Source: Escherichia coli (GTDB lineage: Bacteria; Pseudomonadota; Gammaproteobacteria; Enterobacterales; Enterobacteriaceae). Taken from it: a stretch of DNA of 64,000 nt. Positions 1-11,138 of this stretch are shown here, in pieces. The stretch lies in assembly GCF_022846255.1 (NCBI RefSeq), contig NZ_AP025682.1. One strand, given 5' to 3'. A program made the translations under genes and the position numbers. Within the stretch, counting starts at the first letter, position 1, and each line of letters opens with the position of its first letter. A model generated the notes under the pieces. The model saw nothing but the letters and a program-made list of their open reading frames with translations, was not told where the DNA came from and made no database searches.

Positions 1-830
1 TTGCCGAAGACCAGATTAATCAGCAGATATCCCGCCAGCACCAGCAACGCTTCGTAGAAGCCATTAAACACCAGTACCTGAGCGATAGGGGGGATTGCCG
101 CGAGAACTGAACCAATATTCGGGATGTAATTAAGCGCAAAGGCCAGCAATCCCCAGACAAAAGCGAAGCGAACATCGAGTGCGGCGAGCATCGCCCAGGC
201 GACCAGGCCGGTGATGATGCTGATGGCTGTTTTCAGCACCAGATAATGAGACACACTGTCAATCGCACGCTGAATCGCCGCCATCCCTTCAACCGGACGC
301 GCCATCATTTGCTGAAATTTTCCGGGCAATTGTGGCACTTCGAGCAACATAAACAGCACCGTCAGCAGCAATAAAAATATTGATGACATGGCATTAGATA
401 ACTGCGTCAATAAGTTGGTGAGCAACGTCATCGCCGCGTTCGGATCAATGTAATGCGCCAGTTGGTCAACTGAGACATCAATCCCTACGCGTTGCAACAA
501 CGGTTCAATCGCTTTCAGTGGCGTCATAATAGAGTTGCGATATTGCGGTAACGTCCGCGTCAACTCATTGAGCGCGGAACCCAGATAAGCTAACAGCAAC
601 ACCATCGCCATCACGATGATGGTCATCAAAATTGACACTGCCAGTACACGCGGCACACGCCAGCGGACCATGTGTTGCACCAGCGGGTTAAGAATAACAG
701 CAATAAATAATGCGAGAATAAACGGCACGATGATCTCGGCGGCAAAACGGATACCGCAGAGAATAATGACCAGCATTCCCAACATAATGACGATTTTTAG
801 GCCATTGAGTGTGATGATCGGCTTTGCCAT
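1..830 (-). CDS. tqsA: AI-2 transporter TqsA (YdgG), partial; 3' end lies beyond window start
   Basis: Minus-strand frame open from window edge to ATG at 828-830; hand translation gives [10 protein letters not shown]... at the start and ...[12 protein letters not shown] near position 1; recognised from memory as TqsA. Confidence 0.85.
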   Translation of the reverse strand, partial: MAKPIITLNGLKIVIMLGMLVIILCGIRFAAEIIVPFILALFIAVILNPLVQHMVRWRVPRVLAVSILMTIIVMAMVLLLAYLGSALNELTRTLPQYRNSIMTPLKAIEPLLQRVGIDVSVDQLAHYIDPNAAMTLLTNLLTQLSNAMSSIFLLLLTVLFMLLEVPQLPGKFQQMMARPVEGMAAIQRAIDSVSHYLVLKTAISIITGLVAWAMLAALDVRFAFVWGLLAFALNYIPNIGSVLAAIPPIAQVLVFNGFYEALLVLAGYLLINLVFG

Positions 831-1241
831 GCTTGTCCCCGTTTTTTCTTCCTTTGCTAATAATAATGTCTTTTTCGCTCCGTCATCATAACGAAAATCA
901 AACCGCTCAGGTAAAGAAGTGAAAATATTTTGAGTTAATTCTTAAGCTATGATACAAATCAGGCGTGTTCAACTACCGAGGACAATTATCATCCGCGATG
1001 ACGAGAAGCAACACTGCGGATAATTGTAATATTATGGACAATTTGTTCAGGACGTTATTTTCTACATTTACCCATCTTCGTACCTCATCCACTATCTTGC
1101 TCGTAGGTGAGCAGCACTGGCGCAACGCGCTTTAGTCCTTTCTTCTGCCAAAGCTTGCGCCATGCGCGGAGCTTGACCACTTTACTTTGGTTTCGCTGAA
1201 TTAAGCGAAAATTAAAATAATTCTCTTGCAGGAGAAGGACA

Positions 1242-1607
1242 ATGTATATTTATTGGATTTTATTAGGTCTGGCTATTGCTACGGAAATTACCGGTACGCT
1301 GTCAATGAAATGGGCGAGCGTCAGTGAGGGAAATGGCGGCTTTATTTTAATGCTGGTGATGATTTCTCTGTCGTATATATTTCTCTCTTTCGCCGTTAAA
1401 AAGATCGCCTTAGGCGTGGCTTATGCGCTGTGGGAAGGTATCGGTATTTTATTTATTACCTTGTTTAGCGTTTTGTTATTCGACGAAAGTTTATCGCTGA
1501 TGAAAATTGCCGGGTTAACCACCCTGGTGGCCGGGATTGTATTGATCAAATCAGGTACCCGTAAAGCGCGTAAACATGAACTGGAGGTGAACCATGGCGC
1601 AGTTTGA
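1242..1607 (+). CDS. mdtJ: SMR-family spermidine exporter subunit MdtJ
   Basis: 121 aa ORF, four-TM small multidrug resistance protein; overlaps mdtI by 14 nt. Confidence 0.9.
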
Positions 1608-1923
1608 ATGGGTTCACGCCGCCTGGCTGGCATTGGCAATCGTGCTGGAAATCGTTGCTAACGTCTTTTTGAAATTTTCTGACGGCTTTCGTCGCAAAAT
1701 ATTTGGCTTGCTCTCTCTGGCGGCGGTGCTGGCTGCCTTTAGTGCGCTTTCTCAGGCCGTTAAAGGGATCGACTTGTCTGTCGCTTATGCATTGTGGGGC
1801 GGGTTTGGTATTGCCGCCACGTTAGCCGCAGGTTGGATCTTGTTTGGTCAAAGGTTAAATCGTAAAGGCTGGATTGGCCTGGTGCTGCTGTTGGCTGGAA
1901 TGATCATGGTGAAACTTGCCTGA
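1594..1923 (+). CDS. mdtI: SMR-family spermidine exporter subunit MdtI
   Basis: 109 aa ORF, SMR family, translationally coupled to mdtJ. Confidence 0.9.
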
Positions 1924-1961
1924 TGAACACGCTGCCCGCGCTGTCGGGCAGCGTTTGAACA

Positions 1962-2783
1962 TTATTTTTGCGACAGTTGATCCAGCTTGTCGCGAAAACC
2001 GGTAACAGAAATGGCCCGGTTATCGGCGCGCCAGCGATCTTTCGCGGCAGGAGCCGAGCTTTGCACCCCAATTAATTGCCAGCCGTCATCGGTATGCAAC
2101 ATCAGAGGCGAACCGCTGTCACCCGGCAAGGTATCGCACTGATGCGACATCACCGACGTTTGCGCCCAGCCAGTCACTTCACAGTTTTGATGACTGTACA
2201 ACGTATCGAGATGATCTTCAGGGTAGCCCGCCTGAGTCACTTTACGACCAGCCGCTTTTAATGCGGCGGTAAGCGCGGCTTTATCTCCCTCAAATAATGG
2301 CAACGGTGTAATGCCAGAAGGGGGATTACGTAGCACAATCAAACCGAAGTCCCAGGGCGCAGCTGCGGGAGGTACAATCCAGCCATCCCCATCTGCTTTT
2401 AACCGCTTTCCCAGTGTCGGATCAACGCGGCCTTCTATGTCGTGGATCTCATAGCGCCAAAGACCTTTATTTGACACGAAACGCAGCGCTACCGCTTTAT
2501 CGGCTTTACCCTTTGGCGGCGTCAATAAACAGTGTCCTGCCGTTAATGCCAGATTGGGTGCAATCAGCGTCGCCGTACATAAATTGCCGCTGGCCGTTTC
2601 CAGTTGGCCAACCGCATCCCACGGTGATTGGGTCGTGTCATTCACTGGCACACGATCATCATGACCAAAAAACAGGGTGCTGACCTCATCGTTTGCCGAT
2701 TTGGCAACGTCTGGTTTATCTGCAAACACAAAAGCAGACGTCAAACTAATTGCACCCAACACTACAGCAATGGTTGTACGCAT
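1962..2783 (-). CDS. ydgD: secreted trypsin-like serine protease YdgD
   Basis: 273 aa ORF with N-terminal signal peptide and TAGHC-type active-site His motif. Confidence 0.85.
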   Translation of the reverse strand: MRTTIAVVLGAISLTSAFVFADKPDVAKSANDEVSTLFFGHDDRVPVNDTTQSPWDAVGQLETASGNLCTATLIAPNLALTAGHCLLTPPKGKADKAVALRFVSNKGLWRYEIHDIEGRVDPTLGKRLKADGDGWIVPPAAAPWDFGLIVLRNPPSGITPLPLFEGDKAALTAALKAAGRKVTQAGYPEDHLDTLYSHQNCEVTGWAQTSVMSHQCDTLPGDSGSPLMLHTDDGWQLIGVQSSAPAAKDRWRADNRAISVTGFRDKLDQLSQK

Positions 2784-2882
2784 ATCACACTCTGGTGGGT
2801 AATTATGATTATTAAAAGCAAACCCTCATAAATACTATAGACGGGACGGGATGAAAGTGGGAGTAAAATCAGATAACTACGA

Positions 2883-2966
2883 TCAGGAAAGATAAAAACG
2901 GGTGGCAATCAGTGCGCATAAAATAAGGATGATAAGAATGAACTCAAAGCGATAACGGCCCACCAT
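2883..2966 (-). CDS. ydgU: small hydrophobic protein YdgU (27 aa)
   Basis: Hand translation of minus strand: MVGRYRFEFILIILILCALIATRFYLS, preceded by GGAGGG Shine-Dalgarno; below the ORF-track length cutoff; position between ydgD and asr matches K-12. Confidence 0.6.
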   Translation of the reverse strand: MVGRYRFEFILIILILCALIATRFYLS

Positions 2967-3058
2967 ACTACCCTCCGCTAAAGGCGGTGCTAAACGTTAC
3001 CCGCTTAGCACCGTAATTTTCAGGCGCGAGGGGGCGCGCCAGCATTACTGTTGAAAAC

Positions 3059-3367
3059 TTACGCTGCGGGTTGTGCAGCAGGTTTTGCCGGTTGCTGATG
3101 GCTGTGTTTCTTGGCGTGTTTCTTCGCTGCCTGCGCTTTTTGTTCAGGAGCTTTCTGTTCAGCTTTCGCATTTTTATGATGCTTTTTAGCCGCCTGCGCT
3201 TTCTGGGCAGGTGCTGCTTTATGCTGTTTTTTATGATGTGTAGTTTTCGCCGGCGCTGCTTTGGTGGTCGTCGCAGTCGGAGCAGGTGTGGTCACAGTTT
3301 CTGCAGCAAAGGCGGCAGAAGACAGACCCATAGCAGCGGCAACAACCAGAGCTAATACTTTTTTCAT
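3059..3367 (-). CDS. asr: acid shock protein Asr
   Basis: 102 aa from [17 protein letters not shown] signal peptide; Lys/Ala/His-rich low-complexity periplasmic protein; track ORF starts 9 codons upstream. Confidence 0.9.
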   Translation of the reverse strand: MKKVLALVVAAAMGLSSAAFAAETVTTPAPTATTTKAAPAKTTHHKKQHKAAPAQKAQAAKKHHKNAKAEQKAPEQKAQAAKKHAKKHSHQQPAKPAAQPAA

Positions 3368-3470
3368 TGTCATACCCTCAATTTGTTTTTTCATTTAACC
3401 CCACTGCGGGGCCGTTGAAATAACTATATCCCTGGGAATGGCAGACTTCCGTGAGTGGTTGGTTTCAGCG

Positions 3471-3484
3471 TGTAACGATATGTA
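3471..3484 (-). promoter_or_regulatory. RstA-box-like site upstream of asr
   Basis: Minus-strand sequence TACATATCGTTACA matches the RstA box consensus TACATNTNGTTACA as I remember it; about 105 nt upstream of the asr start codon. Confidence 0.45.
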
Positions 3485-3751
3485 CAAACGCTGAATAAAT
3501 TACAGCGTTGATAATAACGTATTGTGACTTAAGGGAAATTTAGCTACCAATAATAGTAGTCTTGATCGGGTTAACTATTTTACTACTTACAAAGCGGTAG
3601 AATAACTGCGCATCAGTAATAAATGACACATAGCAAAATGAATCCGTTTATTTGGGTACTTATAATCCTGATGACACTAGATGCGCTGCGGGAATTGGCT
3701 GGCGCTTCGTCTATTTTAGGATGGCTATTAACGTTGGTTTGAGCAGGCAAT

Positions 3752-3792
3752 AAGTCCGGACGGGTATTTACCGCAGTCCGGACTTATTTTTT
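3752..3792. terminator. stem-loop at the 3' end of ynfM; strong T-run on + strand, weaker U-tract on - strand
   Basis: 10-bp perfect stem AAGTCCGGAC/GTCCGGACTT with 14-nt loop, followed on + strand by ATTTTTT. Confidence 0.6.
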
Positions 3793-5045
3793 CAGGCGTG
3801 CAGACGATGATGCAAACGCGTCCCGACCAGCAGAGCAATGACCAGCATCAGAGCAATAAATGCGCCGACGCCGTTCCAGCCATAGTTATGCCAGAAAACA
3901 CCACCCAGCGTCCCGGCAATACTCGACCCCAGATAGTAACTGAACAGATACAGCGAGGAGGCCTGGCCTTTAGCGCGTTTTGCTCGGGGGCCGATCCAGC
4001 TGCTGGCTACTGAGTGGGCTGCGAAGAATCCGGCTGAGAAGAGTAACATTCCGGCAAAGATCAGCCACAGCGAGCTGAATAAGGTCATCAATAAACCAAA
4101 CAGCATAACCCCCGTCGAAAACAACATCACCGGACCGCGCCCATAGCGGGTGGTCATGGTTCCGGCTTTTGGTGAGCTCCATGTACCGGTCAAATAAGCC
4201 AGCGATAATAAGCCAACCACGGCCTGGCTGACATGCCAGGGGGAGAGCATCAACCGATAGCCGACGTAATTAAACAGCGTGACGAACGACCCCATCAGCA
4301 AAAAGCCTTCTGCGAACAATAACGGTAATCCCCGGTCACGCCAGTGCAGACGAAAGTTGATGAATAACGTCTTAGGGCGCAGTGAAGTCGGGCGAAAATG
4401 GCGTGATTCAGGGAGGATTTTCCAGAACATTAACGCCGAGGCCAGCGCGAAACAACCGATTGCCGCCAGCGCAATTCGCCAGTTGAAAAAGTCCGTGAAG
4501 ACACCGCTAATTAAGCGTCCGCTCATGCCGCCAATTGAGTTGCCGCTGATATACAACCCCATCGAAAAGGCCACGAAACTGGGGTGGATTTCCTCGCTAA
4601 GATAAGTCATGCCAACAGCTGCTACGCCACTTAACGAAAGCCCAATCAAGGCGCGCATAATCAAAATGCCGTGCCAGCTGGTCATCATTGTCGAAAGTAA
4701 CGTACAAATGGAGGCCAACAGTAGCGCCGTGACCATCACTGGTTTGCGACCAATGGCATCGGATAACGGGCCAGTAAACAGCAAACCGATAGCCAACATC
4801 GCCGTAGAAATGGACAGTGAAATACTACTGTTCGCGGGCGTTAAGCCAAACTCCTGCGAAAGCACCGGAAGGATAGGTTGCACACAATAGAGAAGTGCGA
4901 AGGTTGCCAGTCCGGCAGAGAACAGCGCCAGGGTGACGCGCATAAATTGCGGCGTACCGCGTTTAATAAATTGATTTGGCTGAGAAATGCTTTGCTTGTC
5001 AGTGTCGCTTGCCGGAGCGCCATCAACAGTTGTAGTACGGCTCAC
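3792..5045 (-). CDS. ynfM: MFS transporter YnfM
   Basis: 417 aa ORF, multi-TM MFS-like. Confidence 0.9.
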   Translation of the reverse strand: MSRTTTVDGAPASDTDKQSISQPNQFIKRGTPQFMRVTLALFSAGLATFALLYCVQPILPVLSQEFGLTPANSSISLSISTAMLAIGLLFTGPLSDAIGRKPVMVTALLLASICTLLSTMMTSWHGILIMRALIGLSLSGVAAVGMTYLSEEIHPSFVAFSMGLYISGNSIGGMSGRLISGVFTDFFNWRIALAAIGCFALASALMFWKILPESRHFRPTSLRPKTLFINFRLHWRDRGLPLLFAEGFLLMGSFVTLFNYVGYRLMLSPWHVSQAVVGLLSLAYLTGTWSSPKAGTMTTRYGRGPVMLFSTGVMLFGLLMTLFSSLWLIFAGMLLFSAGFFAAHSVASSWIGPRAKRAKGQASSLYLFSYYLGSSIAGTLGGVFWHNYGWNGVGAFIALMLVIALLVGTRLHHRLHA

Positions 5046-5151
5046 TTGAAATCCTTGCTAAATATGCCTGTGGTTCAGGCTTATGAATAGATTAGGAAAA
5101 TCGAATTGTTCTGTCTAATATATTAATAATCTCAAATAAGATGTTTTAAAT

Positions 5152-6045
5152 ATGAATATTGAACTTCGTCATCTGCGTTACTTTGTTGCGGTTGCAGAAG
5201 AGCTGCATTTCGGGCGCGCCGCTGCCCGCCTGAATATTTCGCAACCACCGCTAAGTCAGCAGATTCAGGCGCTGGAGCAACAAATTGGTGCCCGACTGCT
5301 GGCACGGACCAATCGCAGTGTATTGCTGACGGAAGCAGGAAAACAGTTTCTTGTAGATAGTCGGCAAATCCTGTCTATGGTGGATGATGCTGCCGCTCGC
5401 GCTGAAAGGCTGCATCAGGGCGAAGCGGGGGAGTTGCGCATTGGTTTTACTTCGTCCGCTCCTTTTATTCGGGCGGTGTCCGATACGTTATCGCTGTTTC
5501 GCCGTGATTATCCCGATGTCCATTTACAAACCCGCGAAATGAACACTCGCGAGCAAATCGCTCCGCTCATTGAAGGAACGCTGGATATGGGATTGCTGCG
5601 TAACACAGCGTTACCGGAGACGCTTGAACACGCAGTCATCGTCCATGAACCGCTTATGGCGATGATCCCGCACGATCATCCCCTAGCAAATAACCCGAGT
5701 GTAACGCTGGCTGAACTGGCGAAAGAACCCTTTGTCTTTTTTGATCCGCACGTCGGAACAGGGCTGTATGACGATATTCTCGGGCTGATGAGACGTTACA
5801 ATTTGACGCCCGTCATCACTCAGGAGGTGGGTGAGGCAATGACCATCATCGGTCTGGTTTCCGCTGGTCTGGGTGTTTCAATTTTGCCTGCGTCATTTAA
5901 ACGTGTTCAGCTCAACGAAATGCGCTGGGTGCCGATTGCTGAAGAGGATGCGGTTTCTGAAATGTGGTTGGTCTGGCCGAAACATCATGAACAAAGTCCG
6001 GCTGCGCGTAACTTTCGTATTCATCTGCTGAATGCTCTCAGGTGA
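5152..6045 (+). CDS. ynfL: LysR-family transcriptional regulator YnfL
   Basis: 297 aa, N-terminal HTH (LRYFVAVAEELHFGRAA), divergent from ynfM. Confidence 0.9.
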   Translation: MNIELRHLRYFVAVAEELHFGRAAARLNISQPPLSQQIQALEQQIGARLLARTNRSVLLTEAGKQFLVDSRQILSMVDDAAARAERLHQGEAGELRIGFTSSAPFIRAVSDTLSLFRRDYPDVHLQTREMNTREQIAPLIEGTLDMGLLRNTALPETLEHAVIVHEPLMAMIPHDHPLANNPSVTLAELAKEPFVFFDPHVGTGLYDDILGLMRRYNLTPVITQEVGEAMTIIGLVSAGLGVSILPASFKRVQLNEMRWVPIAEEDAVSEMWLVWPKHHEQSPAARNFRIHLLNALR

Positions 6046-6179
6046 GGGAAATTTCAGCGAAAAAGCCCGAAAAATGTGCTGTTAATCACATGCCTAAGTA
6101 AAAATTTGACGACACGTATTGAAGTGCTTCACCATAGCCTACAGATTATTTCGGAGCGCGAAAATATAGGGAGTATGCG

Positions 6180-7400
6180 GTGGTTGCTGAAAATCAGCCT
6201 GGGCACATTGATCAAATAAAGCAGACCAACGCGGGCGCGGTTTATCGCCTGATTGATCAGCTTGGTCCAGTCTCGCGTATCGATCTTTCCCGTCTGGCGC
6301 AACTGGCTCCTGCCAGTATCACTAAAATTGTCCGTGAGATGCTCGAAGCACACCTGGTGCAAGAGCTGGAAATCAAAGAAGCGGGGAACCGTGGCCGTCC
6401 GGCAGTGGGGCTGGTGGTTGAAACTGAAGCCTGGCACTATCTTTCTCTGCGCATTAGTCGCGGGGAGATTTTCCTTGCTTTGCGCGATCTGAGCAGCAAA
6501 CTGGTAGTGGAGGAGTCGCAGGAACTGGCGTTAAAAGATGACTCGCCATTGCTGGAGCGTATCATTTCCCATATCGATCAGTTTTTTATCCGCCACCAGA
6601 AAAAACTTGAGCGTCTGACTTCGATTGCCATAACCTTGCCGGGAATTATTGATACGGAAAATGGTATTGTACATCGCATGCCGTTCTACGAGGATGTAAA
6701 AGAGATGCCGCTCGGCGAGGCGCTGGAGCAGCATACCGGCGTACCGGTTTATATTCAGCATGATATCAGCGCATGGACGATGGCTGAGGCCTTGTTTGGT
6801 GCCTCACGCGGGGCGCGCGATGTGATTCAGGTGGTTATCGATCACAACGTGGGGGCGGGCGTCATTACTGATGGTCATCTGCTACACGCAGGCAGCAGTA
6901 GCCTCGTGGAAATAGGCCACACACAGGTCGACCCGTATGGGAAACGCTGTTATTGCGGGAATCACGGTTGCCTTGAAACCATCGCCAGTGTGGACAGTAT
7001 TCTTGAGCTGGCACAGCTGCGTCTCAATCAATCCATGAGCTCGATGTTACATGGACAACCGTTAACCGTGGACTCATTGTGTCAGGCGGCATTGCGCGGC
7101 GATCTACTGGCAAAAGACATCATTACCGGGGTAGGCGCGCATGTCGGTCGCATTCTTGCCATCATGGTGAATTTATTTAACCCACAAAAAATACTGATTG
7201 GCTCACCGTTAAGTAAAGCGGCAGATATCCTCTTCCCAGTCATCTCGGACAGCATCCGTCAGCAGGCCCTTCCTGCGTATAGTCAGCACATTAGCGTTGA
7301 GAGTACTCAGTTTTCTAACCAGGGCACGATGGCAGGCGCTGCGCTGGTAAAAGACGCGATGTATAACGGTTCTTTGTTGATTCGTCTGTTGCAGGGTTAA
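6180..7400 (+). CDS. mlc: ROK-family global regulator Mlc (DgsA)
   Basis: 406 aa ORF with GTG start, ROK family with Cys/His zinc motif. Confidence 0.92.
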   Translation: MVAENQPGHIDQIKQTNAGAVYRLIDQLGPVSRIDLSRLAQLAPASITKIVREMLEAHLVQELEIKEAGNRGRPAVGLVVETEAWHYLSLRISRGEIFLALRDLSSKLVVEESQELALKDDSPLLERIISHIDQFFIRHQKKLERLTSIAITLPGIIDTENGIVHRMPFYEDVKEMPLGEALEQHTGVPVYIQHDISAWTMAEALFGASRGARDVIQVVIDHNVGAGVITDGHLLHAGSSSLVEIGHTQVDPYGKRCYCGNHGCLETIASVDSILELAQLRLNQSMSSMLHGQPLTVDSLCQAALRGDLLAKDIITGVGAHVGRILAIMVNLFNPQKILIGSPLSKAADILFPVISDSIRQQALPAYSQHISVESTQFSNQGTMAGAALVKDAMYNGSLLIRLLQG

Positions 7401-7524
7401 CATTTTTTAACTGTTCTACCAAAATTTGCGCTATCTCAATTTGGGCCAGGAAAGCATAACTTAGACTTTCAAGGTTAATTATTTTCCTGGTTTATATTTG
7501 TGAAGCATAACGGTGGAGTTAGTG

Positions 7525-8220
7525 ATGCTGAAGCGTTTCTTTATTACCGGTACAGACACTTCTGTAGGGAAAACGGTGGTTTCCCGCGCATTGCTACAAG
7601 CGTTAGCCTCCCAGGGAAAAACGGTTGCGGGATATAAACCCGTAGCGAAGGGGAGCAAAGAGACACCCGAAGGGCTGCGTAATAAAGATGCCCTGGTGTT
7701 GCAGAGTGTTTCAACCATCGAACTGCCTTATGAAGCAGTTAATCCTATCGCGTTAAGCGAAGAAGAAAGTAGCGTGGCGCACAGTTGCCCAATCAATTAC
7801 ACCCTCATTTCAAACGGCCTGGCAAACCTGACCGATAAAGTCGATCATGTCGTGGTAGAAGGGACTGGCGGCTGGCGCAGTCTGATGAATGATTTGCGTC
7901 CGCTCTCTGAATGGGTGGTGCAGGAACAACTGCCGGTGTTGATGGTTGTCGGTATTCAGGAAGGTTGCATTAACCATGCACTGCTAACAGCTCAGGCGAT
8001 TGCCAACGACGGGCTGCCGCTCATTGGCTGGGTGGCTAACCGAATCAACCCAGGACTGGCGCATTATGCGGAAATCATTGATGTGCTCGGTAAAAAACTT
8101 CCGGCACCGCTCATTGGTGAACTGCCTTATCTGCCGCGCGCCGAACAGCGTGAACTGGGGCAATACATCCGCTTAGCTATGCTTCGCAGTGTGCTGGCGG
8201 TAGATAGAGTCACGGTGTAA
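7525..8220 (+). CDS. ynfK: dethiobiotin synthetase paralog YnfK
   Basis: 231 aa from [17 protein letters not shown] (P-loop); track ORF begins 4 codons upstream at GTG. Confidence 0.85.
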   Translation: MLKRFFITGTDTSVGKTVVSRALLQALASQGKTVAGYKPVAKGSKETPEGLRNKDALVLQSVSTIELPYEAVNPIALSEEESSVAHSCPINYTLISNGLANLTDKVDHVVVEGTGGWRSLMNDLRPLSEWVVQEQLPVLMVVGIQEGCINHALLTAQAIANDGLPLIGWVANRINPGLAHYAEIIDVLGKKLPAPLIGELPYLPRAEQRELGQYIRLAMLRSVLAVDRVTV

Positions 8221-9429
8221 CGTCCGCGAAATTACCGACGCAATTACGCAGGCAATCAATAAACCGGGGAGTAGCTGATACTCCCCGGTCATTTCACATA
8301 TCATCAACGTCGACATAATCGGCGCGTGCGTTGTTGCCGCCAACAGTGTCGCCATCCCTGTCAATCCGAGTAAAAGCGTAATTTCTTCGCCATCAGGGAA
8401 CCATAATCCCAGGCTACGACCATACAACATGCCAATGGCAAGACCGATAAATAGCGTCGGTGTAAAGACACCACCGGGCGCGCCAGAACCACTACTCGCC
8501 AGCACGGCAAACAGTTTACAGAGGAAGATCCCGGCAATGATCATTAACAGTGGCGGGGCGGTTAAAAAGGATTGTACGGTGCTATAGCCGTTGCCCCACA
8601 CTGCAGGTGTGAACAGGGAAAGCAGACCCACGATCAACCCGCCCAGTGCCAGTTGCCAGGGCGGCGCAAGTTTGAGACTTACAAATCCACGATGACAGGC
8701 GTTCATTAACGTTAACAACAGTGGTCCGCACAGACCTGCCAGCACACCTGTACTGATAATCAGCGCATAGTCACGAGCCTGAACCGTCACTGAGAGTTGT
8801 ACGCTGTAGAGTAACGCGTCGCTATGATTAATAAGATTGCTAACCAGCAACGCCACGACGGCGGAAATAATCACCGGGCCGAGAGAGGCCAACATCATAG
8901 TGCCAAACAGCACTTCGGCTATAAATAAACTGCCAGCAAGCGGGGCGCGATAGGCCGCAGCCATTCCCGCCGCAGCTCCACAGGCGATCCATAATTTCCA
9001 CTCCTGGCGTGGCGTAAGACGTTGGGCAAAACACGAGGCTGCAAGGGCAGCTAAAAGAATCATCGCACCTTCGCGACCAATTGCACTGCCGCTGGTTACT
9101 ACCAGTAGAGAGGCAAGCGATTTAACCAGGCTTGCTGCGTAATCAAACTGACCATCGGTTTGCAACGCTTCCATGTAATCGGTCGGCGCATGAGGGCGTT
9201 GCTGGGTAAATTTCTGCCAGCCCATCAGCAACAAACCCGCCGCCAGTCCGCCGAGCGCCGGGGTTAGCAGCCGTCGCCATGGGGAAAGATTTGTAGCTGC
9301 ATTGACCAGACTGCCGGAGTCATTATTGAGGAACAACCACTCCAGTAGCAGCATTGCATGACGAAACCCGGCAACGGCAAAGGCCGCGAGAATACCGACG
9401 ACTGTTGCGATAAGCAGACGGCGGAACAT
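8173..9429 (-). CDS. clcB: ClC-family voltage-gated chloride channel ClcB
   Basis: 418 aa from [11 protein letters not shown]; ClC motifs GSGIP/GREG-like; track ORF extends 20 codons upstream. Confidence 0.88.
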   Translation of the reverse strand: MFRRLLIATVVGILAAFAVAGFRHAMLLLEWLFLNNDSGSLVNAATNLSPWRRLLTPALGGLAAGLLLMGWQKFTQQRPHAPTDYMEALQTDGQFDYAASLVKSLASLLVVTSGSAIGREGAMILLAALAASCFAQRLTPRQEWKLWIACGAAAGMAAAYRAPLAGSLFIAEVLFGTMMLASLGPVIISAVVALLVSNLINHSDALLYSVQLSVTVQARDYALIISTGVLAGLCGPLLLTLMNACHRGFVSLKLAPPWQLALGGLIVGLLSLFTPAVWGNGYSTVQSFLTAPPLLMIIAGIFLCKLFAVLASSGSGAPGGVFTPTLFIGLAIGMLYGRSLGLWFPDGEEITLLLGLTGMATLLAATTHAPIMSTLMICEMTGEYQLLPGLLIACVIASVISRTLHRDSIYRQHTAKHS

Positions 9430-9625
9430 AGTGCGCAGATCCGGATAGATGTGTAGATAATGCATGAGCAGAAATGGGCAATGAAACACGGGCGACTATT
9501 TTGCGGCAAAAGAGGCCAGCCGCAAAAGCAGTGCGTGCTTTAAGAGATAAAAAAAACGTGACACTGTAACCTATTAATTGCCGAATTGCGTGTAATCGTC
9601 ACCATCCGGCAATAATACGGTGATC

Positions 9626-10240
9626 CTATCGAAACAGCGGTTTAACCGCGACAGGAATCAACAGTTGTGATTGCCATTGCGCCAGCGTTAAGCGAGCGAG
9701 TTCACCCAGTGCACGGTAGAAAGGGTGTTCTGCTTTTTCGATAAAAACGTCAAGAAAACGTGTTGACCACGGAAAAAGGTGCCATGCCAGCAATTCTTCG
9801 CATTCTGTCTGGCGACCATTCTCCGCCAACCACGCAGCCATCAGCAGCAGTGAACCAAAATGATCTTCCGGTTCGTTTTGCTTCATTTCGAACTGAATTC
9901 CTTTCTCGCGCATCCACTGACGAAGTGCCAATGTTGAATCGCCAAACAGCACAGATTCGCGATCCAGCCAGACCGATCCCCACGGCGGAGACGGCAGTGC
10001 CCACGGGCCGACAAACAAACGCTGCCAGGCCTGGGCGTGAGTCTCTTCACTCTGTGTCTGAAAAGCCGTCACCAGCGGCGCTAATGACGCTTCTGGTAGA
10101 GGCCACTGAGTTTCCCAGCCGTCACGGGTGAGTACCGCAACCAGAGGTGCGGCTTCTGCACTCTCTGGAGCGTAATAAAACAGCGCGCCCAACACGCGCG
10201 CCGCAACAGAAAAATTATCTTGCTGTGAAAAATGGGTCAT
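9626..10240 (-). CDS. dmsD: Tat proofreading chaperone DmsD
   Basis: 204 aa from MTHFSQQDNF; TorD/DmsD family. Confidence 0.9.
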   Translation of the reverse strand: MTHFSQQDNFSVAARVLGALFYYAPESAEAAPLVAVLTRDGWETQWPLPEASLAPLVTAFQTQSEETHAQAWQRLFVGPWALPSPPWGSVWLDRESVLFGDSTLALRQWMREKGIQFEMKQNEPEDHFGSLLLMAAWLAENGRQTECEELLAWHLFPWSTRFLDVFIEKAEHPFYRALGELARLTLAQWQSQLLIPVAVKPLFR

Positions 10241-10282
10241 TCCTAACATCCTGAAATGTGCGGGTTGCCCCGCACCAATTTG

Positions 10283-11137
10283 TTAACCTGCAATAGCCAT
10301 TCCTACCGTCATGTGCAGGCCATAAAAGAGCACACGCCCGATTATCTCACCGCCAAGTATGAGGATTAGCCCCAGAACAAGTCCGGCAACGTGAGGTTCA
10401 CGGCGACGAATGAGCGGACAAAGCCAGCATCCAAGACCTGCGCATAACAATACCACACGCCAGACCTGTAAGGAGGCGTAATCTGGTACCAGTGTGCTGG
10501 CTTGTTGTACGGATGAGTGAATAGACGCCAGAGACAAACCTTGCAGCACAATCAACCCGGCACAAGCGATCAGCGCCAGAATGCTAATGATGGCAAATGG
10601 TGTGGTATTAAATGTAACGCGGGCTGCACGTAGAATTGTGGCAGCAAGTATTGGACCGCTCAACAATACCGTCAGGAAGAAAGCCAGCGTAGTGTAACCG
10701 TTATGCCAGGTTGGCACAGTGTCGATTTGATACACGCAGGTCATCATCCAGACGAAAATGACGCCGAGCGCCATGCTGACAAGTAACCAGAGTTTCCCCA
10801 ACGCTTGCGGCATTTTACCGATGACCGCCACCAGCCACCATAATCCGCCAACGGCAAAAAATATGGAACCGGCAGCAATCTCGTTACTCAGACCAGAAGC
10901 TCCGATTCTATTCAGCGAGTTAAACGCCCGCAGTGGCGATCCCAGGTGCATGACAGAGGCAATAAACCCGATGCCCATCAACAGCCAGAGGAAAAACATG
11001 CCACGAATAATGTGCTGACGGTCTGCGTTATTTTTGGCGGCGAACCAGCCAATTCCGCTAACAATCAGCGCGCCTACTACGCATTGACCCAATACGGTAA
11101 AGATAACCAGTGGCCATTCATGCCATCCATTTCCCAT
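10283..11137 (-). CDS. ynfH: DmsC-like membrane anchor subunit YnfH
   Basis: 284 aa from MGNGWHEWPLVIF; the 364-aa track ORF is an upstream extension overlapping ynfG. Confidence 0.85.
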   Translation of the reverse strand: MGNGWHEWPLVIFTVLGQCVVGALIVSGIGWFAAKNNADRQHIIRGMFFLWLLMGIGFIASVMHLGSPLRAFNSLNRIGASGLSNEIAAGSIFFAVGGLWWLVAVIGKMPQALGKLWLLVSMALGVIFVWMMTCVYQIDTVPTWHNGYTTLAFFLTVLLSGPILAATILRAARVTFNTTPFAIISILALIACAGLIVLQGLSLASIHSSVQQASTLVPDYASLQVWRVVLLCAGLGCWLCPLIRRREPHVAGLVLGLILILGGEIIGRVLFYGLHMTVGMAIAG

Positions 11138-11138
11138 T

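Noticed and set aside
616-891. 91-aa + strand ORF
   Set aside because: Lies antisense inside tqsA, whose minus-strand frame gives a recognisable TqsA protein; low-complexity translation.
3071-3355. 94-aa + strand Cys/Phe/Arg-rich ORF
   Set aside because: Antisense shadow of the Ala/Lys-rich asr coding sequence.
3623-3742. 39-codon hydrophobic ORF as a bona fide small protein
   Set aside because: No Shine-Dalgarno before either in-frame ATG; retained only as part of a candidate transcript in the findings.
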